In this document: in pieces, positions 40,249-49,074 of the stretch
Layout of the letters: each line of letters opens with the position of its first letter
Numbering within the stretch: position 1 is the stretch's first letter
DNA from: an uncultured Chitinophagaceae bacterium
GTDB taxonomy: Bacteria > Bacteroidota > Bacteroidia > Chitinophagales > LD1
Assembly (NCBI GenBank): GCA_964650845.1
Contig: CAZYXR010000002.1
Coordinates: 15,603 to 78,514, forward strand
Direction of reading: 5' to 3'
Length of the DNA: 62,912 bases
Position numbers and translations under genes: made by a program
Notes under the pieces: model-generated
What the model was told of the DNA's origin: nothing
What the model saw: the letters and a program-made list of their open reading frames with translations, nothing else
The model's database searches: none

Positions 40249-41697
40249 ATGACTTCTACCAACCAGCAAACAATTAAAAAGGCCTTTTCGCTTAGCGGAG
40301 TTGGCTTGCATACAGGGCAAACAGTTACATTAAATTTTCTTCCGGCAGCGCCCAATCACGGCATCAAGTTTCAGCGTGTTGATTTGCCCGAAAAACCTAT
40401 TGTGCCTGCCGATGTTGATTTGGTAGTAAGTGTAGAGCGCGGCACCACCTTAGATAAAAATGGTGTAAAAGTTGCTACTGTTGAGCACCTTATGGCGGCT
40501 TGCTTGGGCTTGCAGGTTGACAACCTGCTGATAGAGCTAAACGGTATGGAAATTCCCATAATGGATGGAAGTTCGCAACCGTATGTAGATGCTTTTGAAG
40601 CAGCGGGCATTCAAGAACAAAATGAACTGCGCGAAACGTTTGAGTTGCGTCATCCTATTTCATACATTGATAAAGAATCGGGGGTTGAAATGCTTGCCAT
40701 GCCTAGCGATCGCTATCGCGTTACAGCAATGATAGATTATAAATCTCCGATACTTGGACAGCAACACGCTTCTTTAGAAAACCTTTCAGATTTCAAAAAA
40801 GATTTTGCCAGCAGCCGTACATTTTGCTTTTTACATGAATTAGAAATGCTGTACGATGCCGGATTGATTAAAGGAGGCGATTTAAACAATGCTATTGTGG
40901 TTGTAGATAAGCAAATTGACGATAAAGAAATTGCACGCCTTGCTACCATTTTCGAAAAACCCGACATTACAGTTGTGGAAGAAGGAATTTTAAACAATGT
41001 AAAACTGCGCCACCCCAACGAACCCGCCCGCCACAAGCTGTTGGATATTGTAGGCGATTTGGCATTGATAGGCACCCCGTTCAATGCACAAATTATTGCT
41101 ACTCGCCCCGGGCACAAGTCGAATGTAGAATTTGGGAAAAAAATTAAAGCCCATATTAAAAAAGCGCGTATGCAAGATGACGCTCCCGAATATGATGTAA
41201 ACGCACAGCCTATCTACGATTCCGTACAAATAAAAAAGACTTTGCCACATCGCTACCCTTTTGCATTAGTGGATAAGATAATTAAACTCACCGAGCGCGA
41301 AGTGGTAGGTGTAAAGAATGTAACCTTCAACGAAGAGTTTTTTCAAGGGCATTTTCCAGATAATCCTGTAATGCCCGGTGTGTTGCAGATTGAAGCACTG
41401 GCGCAAACCGGTGGTATTCTTGTATTGCGCGAATACCCCGACCCCGAAAATTACGATACCTACTTTTTAAAAATTGACAAAGCTAAGTTCAAACAAAAGG
41501 TGTTGCCTGGCGATACGCTTTTATTAAAAATGGAACTTCTTTCGCCAGTGCGCAGAGGCATTGTAGAAATGAAAGGTACTGCGTTTGTGGGTAATAAAAT
41601 GGTGTGCGAAGCCGAATTGATGGCGCGCGTGGTGCGCAGAGAACCCGCAGGCAACAAGCCTGCCACTGCTAAGGAGGCAAAACAGACGGGTAATTAG
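40249..41697 (+). CDS. lpxC/fabZ: bifunctional UDP-3-O-acyl-GlcNAc deacetylase / 3-hydroxyacyl-ACP dehydratase
   Basis: The LpxC half has SGVGLHTGQ, TVEHLMAA and HKSN; the FabZ half has LPHRYPFALVDKI and FFQGHFPDNPVMPGVL. This fusion is typical of Bacteroidota. Confidence 0.92.
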   Translation: MTSTNQQTIKKAFSLSGVGLHTGQTVTLNFLPAAPNHGIKFQRVDLPEKPIVPADVDLVVSVERGTTLDKNGVKVATVEHLMAACLGLQVDNLLIELNGMEIPIMDGSSQPYVDAFEAAGIQEQNELRETFELRHPISYIDKESGVEMLAMPSDRYRVTAMIDYKSPILGQQHASLENLSDFKKDFASSRTFCFLHELEMLYDAGLIKGGDLNNAIVVVDKQIDDKEIARLATIFEKPDITVVEEGILNNVKLRHPNEPARHKLLDIVGDLALIGTPFNAQIIATRPGHKSNVEFGKKIKAHIKKARMQDDAPEYDVNAQPIYDSVQIKKTLPHRYPFALVDKIIKLTEREVVGVKNVTFNEEFFQGHFPDNPVMPGVLQIEALAQTGGILVLREYPDPENYDTYFLKIDKAKFKQKVLPGDTLLLKMELLSPVRRGIVEMKGTAFVGNKMVCEAELMARVVRREPAGNKPATAKEAKQTGN

Positions 41698-41788
41698 TAA
41701 ATGTAAACAGCACACGTAGTTGGATAACGAGTGTTTGAATTTTCGGCAGAAAATAAGTAACTTCAAGTTTATCTAAAACGAAAAAAGC

Positions 41789-42025
41789 ATGTACACTACT
41801 TATCATTTGTCGTCAGCGCAAGAAATTACAAGCGATATATTAGATTCAATTAAGGCAACTTTCAAATCAAAGCCTATTACCATCATTGTGGAAGAAGATG
41901 ATAGTAATTTTGAATTGACCGCTGAACAAAAAGCTGTTCTAGACGAGCGTTTTCAGGAAGATACCGATAGTTATCTAACATCCGAAGAGTCTATCTCGCA
42001 ACTCAACAAAAAGTATGGTTTATAA
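41789..42025 (+). CDS. putative antitoxin of the adjacent ParE/RelE-like toxin
   Basis: A 78-aa acidic ORF that overlaps the toxin start by 11 nt. The call rests on position only. Confidence 0.45.
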   Translation: MYTTYHLSSAQEITSDILDSIKATFKSKPITIIVEEDDSNFELTAEQKAVLDERFQEDTDSYLTSEESISQLNKKYGL

Positions 42026-42308
42026 GGTTATCGTTTCGCCTCGTGCGCAAAAGGAAATCGAAAACGCAATTGATTACTATGCTTTACACAATGACAAAGC
42101 GCCCCGAAACTTCATCAGGTCTTTACAAGATGCCTACAACACTTTGGAAATCAATCCGTTTTTCAGTGTGCGCTACAACAATATTCGCGCATTGAAGCTC
42201 AAAAAGTTCCCGTATTTGCTTTACTATATTATTGATGAAAAACAAGCAATAGTGCGCGTGCTGTCGTGCTTTCAAAATCAACAAAACCCGCGCAAAAGAC
42301 CTAAGTAA
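42015..42308 (+). CDS. type II toxin-antitoxin system RelE/ParE family toxin
   Basis: 97 aa; VIVSPRAQKEIENAIDYY...KFPYLLYYIIDEKQAIVRVLSCFQNQQNP matches the Bacteroidota ParE-like pattern. Confidence 0.72.
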   Translation: MVYKVIVSPRAQKEIENAIDYYALHNDKAPRNFIRSLQDAYNTLEINPFFSVRYNNIRALKLKKFPYLLYYIIDEKQAIVRVLSCFQNQQNPRKRPK

Positions 42309-42520
42309 AAATGCCTGCGTATTGGGCAAATTTGATAGATTTCAGCAACTCCAAACAAAGCAAAAGATGATTACTTATCTTCTACACGAGCATATTTATT
42401 TGAGACTTATCTTTTAAGTGAACAGTTAAATAGATAATTAAATACAACTGTGGCAAAACAAGGTTTATTTATTGTTGTCTGTTTTGTTTTATTGCAGCAC
42501 ATATAAAACAAACAGATTCA

Positions 42521-44251
42521 ATGAAGGCATTGCTGATATACCTTGTTACGCTCATTAACCAACCGGCACAACAACCAGCCATCAGCAACGAACCATTACC
42601 AGTTTTTCCTACCGAAGACTTTCGCTCTCCGGTAGATATTCCAATTTCATTGGCAGGTAACTTTGGCGAGCCTCGCAGGCTGCACTTCCACACAGGTTTA
42701 GATATTCGAACCAATCAGCAGGAGGGATTGAATATTTACTCCGTTGCCGATGGTTACGTGAGCCGCATCAACATCAGCGGAAGCGGTTACGGCAAGGCGG
42801 TTTACATCACTCACCCTAACGGTTATGTGTCGGTGTATGCGCATCTGCAAAAATTAACGGGCAGATTTGCCGAGCGATTAGAACAGGAGCAATACAAGCA
42901 AGAATCTTTTGCCGTTGATTTCAATTTAAAACCCGATGAACTGCCTGTAAAAAAGGGCGAGATTGTGGCTTTGAGCGGCAACACCGGAGGCAGTTCGGGT
43001 CCTCACTTACACTTTGAAATCCGCGACACTTTCGAGCGACCTATCAACCCGATGTTGTTTGGCTATAACCTTACAGACAACATCAAACCCATCATCAGCT
43101 TTTTAAAATTCTATGCGCAGGACGATAAGAAATTATACAGCGATGGCTACCGCGTGCGCACCGTTGGTTCGCTCGGGAATTATCAAGTGAACACCGGCAT
43201 GGTAAAAGTAAATGCCGATGCGGTGAGCATTTCGGTAAACAGTTGGGACGGCATCAACGGCACGGGCAACTCGATGGGCGTGTATGGCATGAGGGTGTTG
43301 GTGGACAGCGCGAAGACTTTTGAGTTCAACATGAACCGTATTGCTTTCAGCGATAAACGCTATGTGTTGAGCCATATTGACTACCCGATTTTTATGAATG
43401 AAGGCAGAAAAAGTTTTCATAAATGTTTTGTAGAACCTGCCAATCAATGCCCAATTTACAGCGATGTAAACAACAGCGGCATCATAGATTTAAGCGATGG
43501 CAAAGTGAAAGATGTTGTGATTGAAGTGTATGATTTTGCGGGAAACACTTCCACTGTAAAATTCAAGTTGGTGAAGGACGATGCAGCAATTATTTTTAAT
43601 AAAAAGAAAATCAATTACTCGCTGTTGTTTTCGCCATTTCAGCGCAACCGTTGGGCAACCGATGAGGTAAGTTTTACGGTGATGGAAAAAACCATTTTCG
43701 ACACGCTGCTTTTTCGGTACAACATTGTACAAACTGCCGAGCCTTCGTTCTTTTCAAACATTCATCAATTGGATAAAGTAACTTCCCTGCTGATGGATTT
43801 TGCTTCGTTGTTTATCAAAACCACCAAAGAACTTCCCAAAGGAAAAGAAGATAAAGCCGTGTTGGTGTGGAAGAATGAATTTGGCGCGTGGGTAAGCAAG
43901 GGCGGCAAGTTTGACGGCTCGCACGTTGGCGGCAAGGTGCGCGAATTTGGCGATTTTGGAATAAAAATTGATACCGTAGCACCGCGCATCAACCCTGTAA
44001 ACATTGTGCCCGGGCGCAACATGCGCCAGTACCGCAAAATTATTTTTACTATTGGCGATAACCTGAGCGGCATCACCGATTTCGATACTTACATTGACGA
44101 TAAGTGGGTGATTACCGAGTACGATGCTAAAGTGGCAAAACTGACCCACTCATTAGATATGAAGTTGGCTGCCGGAGAACACACTTTTAAGGTAGTAGCG
44201 GTAGATGAACGAAACAATAAACGCGAATATTCCATAAAGTTCAGAATGTAG
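42521..44251 (+). CDS. M23 family metallopeptidase with long C-terminal extension
   Basis: HFHTGLDIRT and GNTGGSSGPHLHFEIR (HxxxD / HxH zinc motifs). Confidence 0.85.
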   Translation: MKALLIYLVTLINQPAQQPAISNEPLPVFPTEDFRSPVDIPISLAGNFGEPRRLHFHTGLDIRTNQQEGLNIYSVADGYVSRINISGSGYGKAVYITHPNGYVSVYAHLQKLTGRFAERLEQEQYKQESFAVDFNLKPDELPVKKGEIVALSGNTGGSSGPHLHFEIRDTFERPINPMLFGYNLTDNIKPIISFLKFYAQDDKKLYSDGYRVRTVGSLGNYQVNTGMVKVNADAVSISVNSWDGINGTGNSMGVYGMRVLVDSAKTFEFNMNRIAFSDKRYVLSHIDYPIFMNEGRKSFHKCFVEPANQCPIYSDVNNSGIIDLSDGKVKDVVIEVYDFAGNTSTVKFKLVKDDAAIIFNKKKINYSLLFSPFQRNRWATDEVSFTVMEKTIFDTLLFRYNIVQTAEPSFFSNIHQLDKVTSLLMDFASLFIKTTKELPKGKEDKAVLVWKNEFGAWVSKGGKFDGSHVGGKVREFGDFGIKIDTVAPRINPVNIVPGRNMRQYRKIIFTIGDNLSGITDFDTYIDDKWVITEYDAKVAKLTHSLDMKLAAGEHTFKVVAVDERNNKREYSIKFRM

Positions 44252-44522
44252 TGTTTTTTTATGAACGCTATAAAACTAATATAAAGTCAGTCTTTGTGTA
44301 ACGAGCCTTTTCCGTTACACACTTCGTATGTGGGTCGGGAAATGCGGCTTTTTTCTCTTCAGGTGCAGAAGCCGGAAGCGCCACTCGCAAGAGAAACCTG
44401 CAAATGAGGTGGTTCGCAGAACATGGCTTGCGAACAAAGCTATTGACGAGAAAGAAAAGGAAATTGGCTAATCTTTTTGAAGAAGCATTCAAACCCGAAA
44501 TCATAGATTGGGTTTCCCCCGA

Positions 44523-44560
44523 AAAGCAAAAAAGGGTTTCAACTTTCGCTGAAACCCTTG
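44523..44560 (-). terminator. rho-independent terminator immediately 3' of the tRNA fragment
   Basis: The minus strand reads AAGGGTTTCAGCGAAAGTTGAAACCCTT followed by TTTTTTGC. Confidence 0.7.
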
Positions 44561-44571
44561 ATTTTAATGTG

Positions 44572-44625
44572 TCGGGGTGGCAAGATTCGAACCTGCGACC
44601 CCCTGCTCCCAAAGCAGGGCACCAT
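44572..44625 (-). tRNA. 3' fragment of tRNA-Pro (anticodon UGG): anticodon arm to acceptor 3' strand only
   Basis: The minus strand reads CCTGC-TTTGGGA-GCAGG-GGGTC-GCAGG-TTCGAAT-CTTGC-CACCCCG-A. No complementary 5' acceptor strand (CGGGGTG) or D-arm follows at the expected spacing. Confidence 0.7.
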
Positions 44626-44772
44626 ACTCTTTATGATCGTTTTTAGTTTTTAATTAGTATTGATAATCAGTTATTTATGTTTTATATGGATTGATATGAA
44701 TCCATGTTAAATTGAATTTTGCTTGTGCAATGCTTGTGCAAAATGATTATCTTTGTAACCTAAATAAAAAGC

Positions 44773-45987
44773 ATGAAAACAAGTGTGGTACTCGTTATTG
44801 ATACCCGCAGAGCTAAAGCGGATGGCAGCTACGCCCTCCTCCTGCGGATTATTCACAACCGACAATCATCGCAAATCTCGTTAGGTATTGCTGTACACGA
44901 GAAAGATTGGGATGATACGCAACGGAAGATTAAGTCTTCTTACCGTGGTACAGAATCAGTTACCCGGTTAAATAACTATCTACAGAAGAAAAAAGCTGAG
45001 GCACTTGATATTATCACCAAGCTTGATGAAGCAAAAACACTCGGTACGCTTTCAGTAACACAACTGAAAGACCTTATTGAACAGCGGACGGATGGGCTAA
45101 GTTTCTTTCGCTACGCTGAAAAACTTATAGCTGAAATGGAATTGATGCACAAAGTTGGCAATGCACGTATCTACAGCATTACGCTGAGTGTTCTTAAAAC
45201 CTTTGCTAAGGATAAAGATTTGTCGTTTAGGGATATCTCCTATGGGTTTCTTATGAAATTTGAAGCAAGTCACCTTACTAAGGGAAACGCCTTAAACGGA
45301 TTGGCAGTGTACACCCGTACCATTAGAGCTATTTTCAATAGGGCTATCAAGGATGGGGTAATCAATAGCGAACTGTATCCATTCAAAAATTACCAAATCA
45401 AAACAACAAAAACCCGAAAACGGGCTATCAATATTGATGCGATAAAGAAGATAGAAGCATTAGAATTAGAACCTAAGCATTCTCTGTTTGATACGCGTAA
45501 TTACTTTCTGATAAGTTTCTATATGCGGGGATTACCTTTTGCTGATCTTGCCCGACTACAACCCACCACCATTATTGATGGACGGGTGTACTATCAACGT
45601 AAAAAGACTGACAAACCATATAACATTAAAATTACACCGGAGATTCAGGCAATCTTAAATATCTATCTCCGTCCCGGAAGTAAGCAACCCTACATATTTC
45701 CTGTCATCAACAGAGAAACCGAAAAAGAGCAATACAAGGATATTGAATGGGCACGTAAACGTTACAACAAGAAGCTTAAAAAACTGGCGACACTCTGCGG
45801 AATAGAGGAAAACCTTACGAGTTATGTAAGTCGCCATAGTTTTGCCTCACGAGCCAAGAACTTAGGAATACCCATTGCAAGTATCTCTGATATGCTCGGA
45901 CATGGGGACAGTAAAACAACTGAAATCTATTTAGATTCTTTACCTAGTGATATCATGGATGATTTCCATGAGCAAATTATTCGTTAG
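44773..45987 (+). CDS. tyrosine-type site-specific integrase (Bacteroidota mobile-element type)
   Basis: An N-terminal arm-binding-type domain (VVLVIDTRRAKADGSYALLLRIIHNRQ), a SAM-like domain, and a catalytic C-terminus with RHSFASRAKNLG, LGHGDSKTTEIYL. Confidence 0.9.
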   Translation: MKTSVVLVIDTRRAKADGSYALLLRIIHNRQSSQISLGIAVHEKDWDDTQRKIKSSYRGTESVTRLNNYLQKKKAEALDIITKLDEAKTLGTLSVTQLKDLIEQRTDGLSFFRYAEKLIAEMELMHKVGNARIYSITLSVLKTFAKDKDLSFRDISYGFLMKFEASHLTKGNALNGLAVYTRTIRAIFNRAIKDGVINSELYPFKNYQIKTTKTRKRAINIDAIKKIEALELEPKHSLFDTRNYFLISFYMRGLPFADLARLQPTTIIDGRVYYQRKKTDKPYNIKITPEIQAILNIYLRPGSKQPYIFPVINRETEKEQYKDIEWARKRYNKKLKKLATLCGIEENLTSYVSRHSFASRAKNLGIPIASISDMLGHGDSKTTEIYLDSLPSDIMDDFHEQIIR

Positions 45988-46294
45988 TTGATATCAAATT
46001 TAGTTGAGCCAATGCAGAAAACAACAGGTCTTTAGGAGTATCTTGGGGGTTTATAAGTACCCATACGGCTTGTTCCTCATCAACTGATTCGTCAGGTGCA
46101 AACATGGCAATGTTGCATAGTCGATGTAATTCACGTAAAGATTGATCATCTAATGATTCTAACAAAGGAATGATGGTATTAATGTTTTCCTCAGTCCATC
46201 CGTGTTGAAGTAAGAACGTTGTATCAAATAAATATTGGCTTGTGTACATAGTCATATATCTATGTAGTAAACCACAATACTTAATTATTTGCAA
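45977..46294 (-). CDS. hypothetical protein
   Basis: ORF only. The start is possibly at MTMYTSQ (46255). No motif recognised. Confidence 0.3.
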   Translation of the reverse strand: MQIIKYCGLLHRYMTMYTSQYLFDTTFLLQHGWTEENINTIIPLLESLDDQSLRELHRLCNIAMFAPDESVDEEQAVWVLINPQDTPKDLLFSALAQLNLISTNE

Positions 46295-46309
46295 GTAGAA
46301 AGAGTGTAC

Positions 46310-46582
46310 CTACTCTTCTTTAGACCCATCTTCTTTATCAGGCTGATCTTTGTCAGATTCCTCTTTATTAGATTGGTGGAAATCATAAGTTTCCTGTCCC
46401 ATCTGAATAGCCCCAGTATCTGTGATGTGATCAACATCAAGACGTGAATCATGTTTACCTTCTTCTGCAAAGTGAAGTTGATCAACATGTTCTTCAGGAC
46501 ATCCCGAACTTGTATGAGGTTTACTATATTCGGAAGTGTTTTCGCTGTGCTTATCTTTTCCCATTTTGTAGAGTTTCTCCAA
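46310..46582 (-). CDS. hypothetical acidic protein
   Basis: ORF only; rich in Asp/Glu/His. No motif recognised. Confidence 0.3.
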   Translation of the reverse strand: MEKLYKMGKDKHSENTSEYSKPHTSSGCPEEHVDQLHFAEEGKHDSRLDVDHITDTGAIQMGQETYDFHQSNKEESDKDQPDKEDGSKEE

Positions 46583-46944
46583 AATAAAACTAAACTATTG
46601 AAACGATGTACCCAAAAAGCGTTAAGGGTATTTGAACAAAGTAAAGATCTGTTGTTTGTATAAGAATCGCTCGAATTCCTAACTATTGCTTTGCTGCTTA
46701 CAACCTTAGTAGCTATATTCGTTCAGTATTATTTAAAATAATTGCAGCGTTAGCTGTTCTTGCAACCGAAAACTGGAAAATTTCAACCAAAGCAAGAATG
46801 CTGTTACACTGCGCGGATTCGCGTGGGTGTGCATGGTATATCTGTTTTGGTAGGCATTCCAGTGCCTCGGTTGCAGGTAGCTGTGTAGCCCACGTTCGCA
46901 TTTTACAAACCTCCGTTTAGGGCTGCGCGGACAACGAATACTAG

Positions 46945-47301
46945 ATGTCACATTTTATTGTAGTCTCAACTACCTCAGTACACCATCGTATTGTGGTGAG
47001 TGATATTATTTACTGCACTGCACAGAACTCAAGTGTACATTTTCACATTCTCAACAAGGATACTGTTGTTGCCTCAAACTCAATTGCTCATTATGCAGAG
47101 GTATTAGAGCAATACGGGTTTGTACGCATTCATCAATCGACACTGCTCAACACCGCGTTCCTTTCTTCCATTTGTAAGAAAGGAGACCGAAATTTTGCAC
47201 TGCTGACTACAGGCGAAAAGCTTGTCGTTGCACGGGGTAAAAAAATGGAGATAGTCAAGATGCTCAAAGACGCGAGTATCGAAAAGAAGCGCTACCCTTA
47301 A
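46945..47301 (+). CDS. stand-alone LytTR-domain DNA-binding protein
   Basis: VVSDIIYCTAQNSSVHFHILNKD...FVRIHQSTLLN is the LytTR pattern. No receiver domain is present. Confidence 0.72.
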   Translation: MSHFIVVSTTSVHHRIVVSDIIYCTAQNSSVHFHILNKDTVVASNSIAHYAEVLEQYGFVRIHQSTLLNTAFLSSICKKGDRNFALLTTGEKLVVARGKKMEIVKMLKDASIEKKRYP

Positions 47302-47449
47302 CTACCCGATTCGGGCATAGAAGTACCATCTGGCGGGTTTACACTACCCAATTCACATTTCGCGTTTGACTAAAAATGAGCAAATAAAATTTGCGCGTCA
47401 AATTCTTTGAAGAAAGACGACACATTTTTTTATTACTCAACAATGCGAA

Positions 47450-47752
47450 ATGAAAAACACAATTCTGACAGTAATCACATTTATCTCCCTCCTTTCAACA
47501 ACAACGCTGCACGCACAGGAAAAGTATGAGTTTGGAGAACTGTATGTAAAAGCAAATGCGGTTATTCTAATTACCAATAAGGACTATGAAAAACTTTCTC
47601 CACCAAAAGGAACCGTAGGGGAGGTATTCGGAATACAATATCTTGATAAACTTACTAGCGAAGGATGGGAAATAATTAACGGAGCCATTATACCAGATAA
47701 CTATGGAAATGTTGGCGCAACCAAGTATTTTTTGAGAAAGAAAAAACAATAA
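47450..47752 (+). CDS. small secreted protein, unknown function
   Basis: Signal peptide (LTVITFISLLSTTTLHAQE). Confidence 0.45.
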   Translation: MKNTILTVITFISLLSTTTLHAQEKYEFGELYVKANAVILITNKDYEKLSPPKGTVGEVFGIQYLDKLTSEGWEIINGAIIPDNYGNVGATKYFLRKKKQ

Positions 47753-47770
47753 CAAAGTAATCTTTCAATC

Positions 47771-47810
47771 AAAACCTCGGTAGCCGAAAAGAGGATTTGT
47801 AGAGTAGGCA
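47771..47810 (+). repeat. copy 1 of a ~40-nt conserved intercistronic leader
   Basis: aaaacctcggtagccgaaaagaggatttgtagagtaggca, ending 17 nt before the ATG at 47828. Copy 2 differs at 4 positions. Confidence 0.85.
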
Positions 47811-47827
47811 GAATACAAAAATCCGAT

Positions 47828-48157
47828 ATGAAAAATTCAGTATTTATCTTTTGCGCAGTGATTACACTCTTTTCTTTCAGTTCATGTAAGGAATGTTTAG
47901 AATGTTCTTTGAGCTACTCAAAATGCGGTCGTTGTATAGGCGCTGGAACTTCAAACATTGTTTGCAGAGATACTTCATCATCAGTAACGATTGATCCTTA
48001 TGCAGAAGCTGAGGCTGATTGCAAAGCAAATGCTGGACAATGGTCGGTAACTGAACAAGGAGTTGATGTGAAAGAAGTTTGTGAAAATTCTTCTTCAAAG
48101 ACACAAAACTCTTCCCTTCCATTAGTAACACTCGGTTACAGCTGTAGTGAAAAGTAA
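47828..48157 (+). CDS. small Cys-rich lipoprotein, unknown function
   Basis: A signal peptide ends in FSSC, followed by KECLEC...GYSCSEK. It shares end motifs with the ORF at 5383-5583. Confidence 0.5.
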   Translation: MKNSVFIFCAVITLFSFSSCKECLECSLSYSKCGRCIGAGTSNIVCRDTSSSVTIDPYAEAEADCKANAGQWSVTEQGVDVKEVCENSSSKTQNSSLPLVTLGYSCSEK

Positions 48158-48167
48158 TTCGTTAATA

Positions 48168-48207
48168 AAAAACCTCGGTAGCCGAAAAGAGGAATTATAG
48201 AGTAAGC
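48168..48207 (+). repeat. copy 2 of the ~40-nt conserved intercistronic leader
   Basis: aaaacctcggtagccgaaaagaggaattatagagtaagca, ending 15 nt before the ATG at 48223. Confidence 0.85.
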
Positions 48208-48222
48208 ACAAAATTTTACATC

Positions 48223-49068
48223 ATGAAAAAAGTAATTGTACTCACACTTTCAACCGCTCTATTTTTTATAACCACATACTCACAAGTTACCTACTACAGG
48301 TACTGCGATGCTCCAAACGCACAACAACAGATTACCGATTCCCTAGCCTTAATGTTAGACCTAAACAACGATGGTAGTAATGATGCCAAAGTAGTGGCTT
48401 ACTATGATAACGTTTGGGAAAATACCATAGGAATAATTTCCCTTCGTCCTTATTCATCAGGAGTTTACTCAACTAAACCACTTCGCTTTAAAGTTAACTC
48501 CGGAAACCACACCATTCGCTATGCAAGTGGAGACAACATTGGCGTGTATCTCGATCCAGGAGAATCATACAGCAATTCAGCTTACATCAGCAGAATGAGT
48601 TCATCCAACCAATTTCCCAATAACAGTATCGGATATATCTGCTATCGATTCGATGTTGATTATTATTACGACTCCTTTTCACAAGAAGAGGTGGGCATAG
48701 GTTGTTACGGTTGGATAAAACTTTCAGTTAATTCAGATAAAAGCAGTGTAACCGTATTAGAACACTGTGGCTGTGATAAAAATAAACTTACCGCAGGGCA
48801 AACATTCACCAATACAACCGGTATCACGAATCCAGATATCTCTTCTCATAACATTTCTGTATTTCTTGATCCATCAAATACAATTCTCAATGTTATCACC
48901 TTTGATGATACTCCTCAATCTGTTTTGATATACAATGTATCTGGACAAAAGGTAGGTGACTATCCATACAGTCAAGAAATTGACATAAGTACTCTCTCTA
49001 AAGGGATGTATGTAGTTAAGTTTGAAATCAATGGAAAGACCGCAATCAGCAGGTTTTTTAAAAATTAA
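48223..49068 (+). CDS. secreted protein with T9SS C-terminal sorting domain
   Basis: A signal peptide and a C-terminal NVITFDDTPQSVLIYNVSGQKV...LSKGMYVVKFEINGKTAISRFFKN. Confidence 0.72.
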   Translation: MKKVIVLTLSTALFFITTYSQVTYYRYCDAPNAQQQITDSLALMLDLNNDGSNDAKVVAYYDNVWENTIGIISLRPYSSGVYSTKPLRFKVNSGNHTIRYASGDNIGVYLDPGESYSNSAYISRMSSSNQFPNNSIGYICYRFDVDYYYDSFSQEEVGIGCYGWIKLSVNSDKSSVTVLEHCGCDKNKLTAGQTFTNTTGITNPDISSHNISVFLDPSNTILNVITFDDTPQSVLIYNVSGQKVGDYPYSQEIDISTLSKGMYVVKFEINGKTAISRFFKN

Positions 49069-49074
49069 GGCACG

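Noticed and set aside
44252-44522. About 270 nt of non-coding sequence between the M23 peptidase gene and the tRNA terminator; I checked by eye for tmRNA, SRP RNA or another known RNA. It contains the hairpin GTGTAACG-N8-CGTTACAC (around 44306-44331).
   Set aside because: I could not recognise tmRNA or SRP signature motifs, and the apparent pairings are short and mutually exclusive. The listed ORFs (44268-44612 on the minus strand, 44404-44646 on the plus strand) run through the tRNA fragment and terminator and are probably spurious. An Infernal/Rfam scan would settle this.
44572-44650. A complete tRNA-Pro gene.
   Set aside because: The 26 nt 5' of the anticodon stem (AAAAACGATCATAAAGAGTATGGTGC on the tRNA strand) cannot pair with the 3' acceptor strand CACCCCG and do not form a D-arm. 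I call it a 3' fragment instead.
46713-46951. Two overlapping minus-strand ORFs (62 and 72 aa) upstream of the LytTR gene.
   Set aside because: They overlap each other in different frames, have no recognisable motifs, and coincide with the region that shows RNA-like complementarity. I report the region as a possible non-coding element instead.
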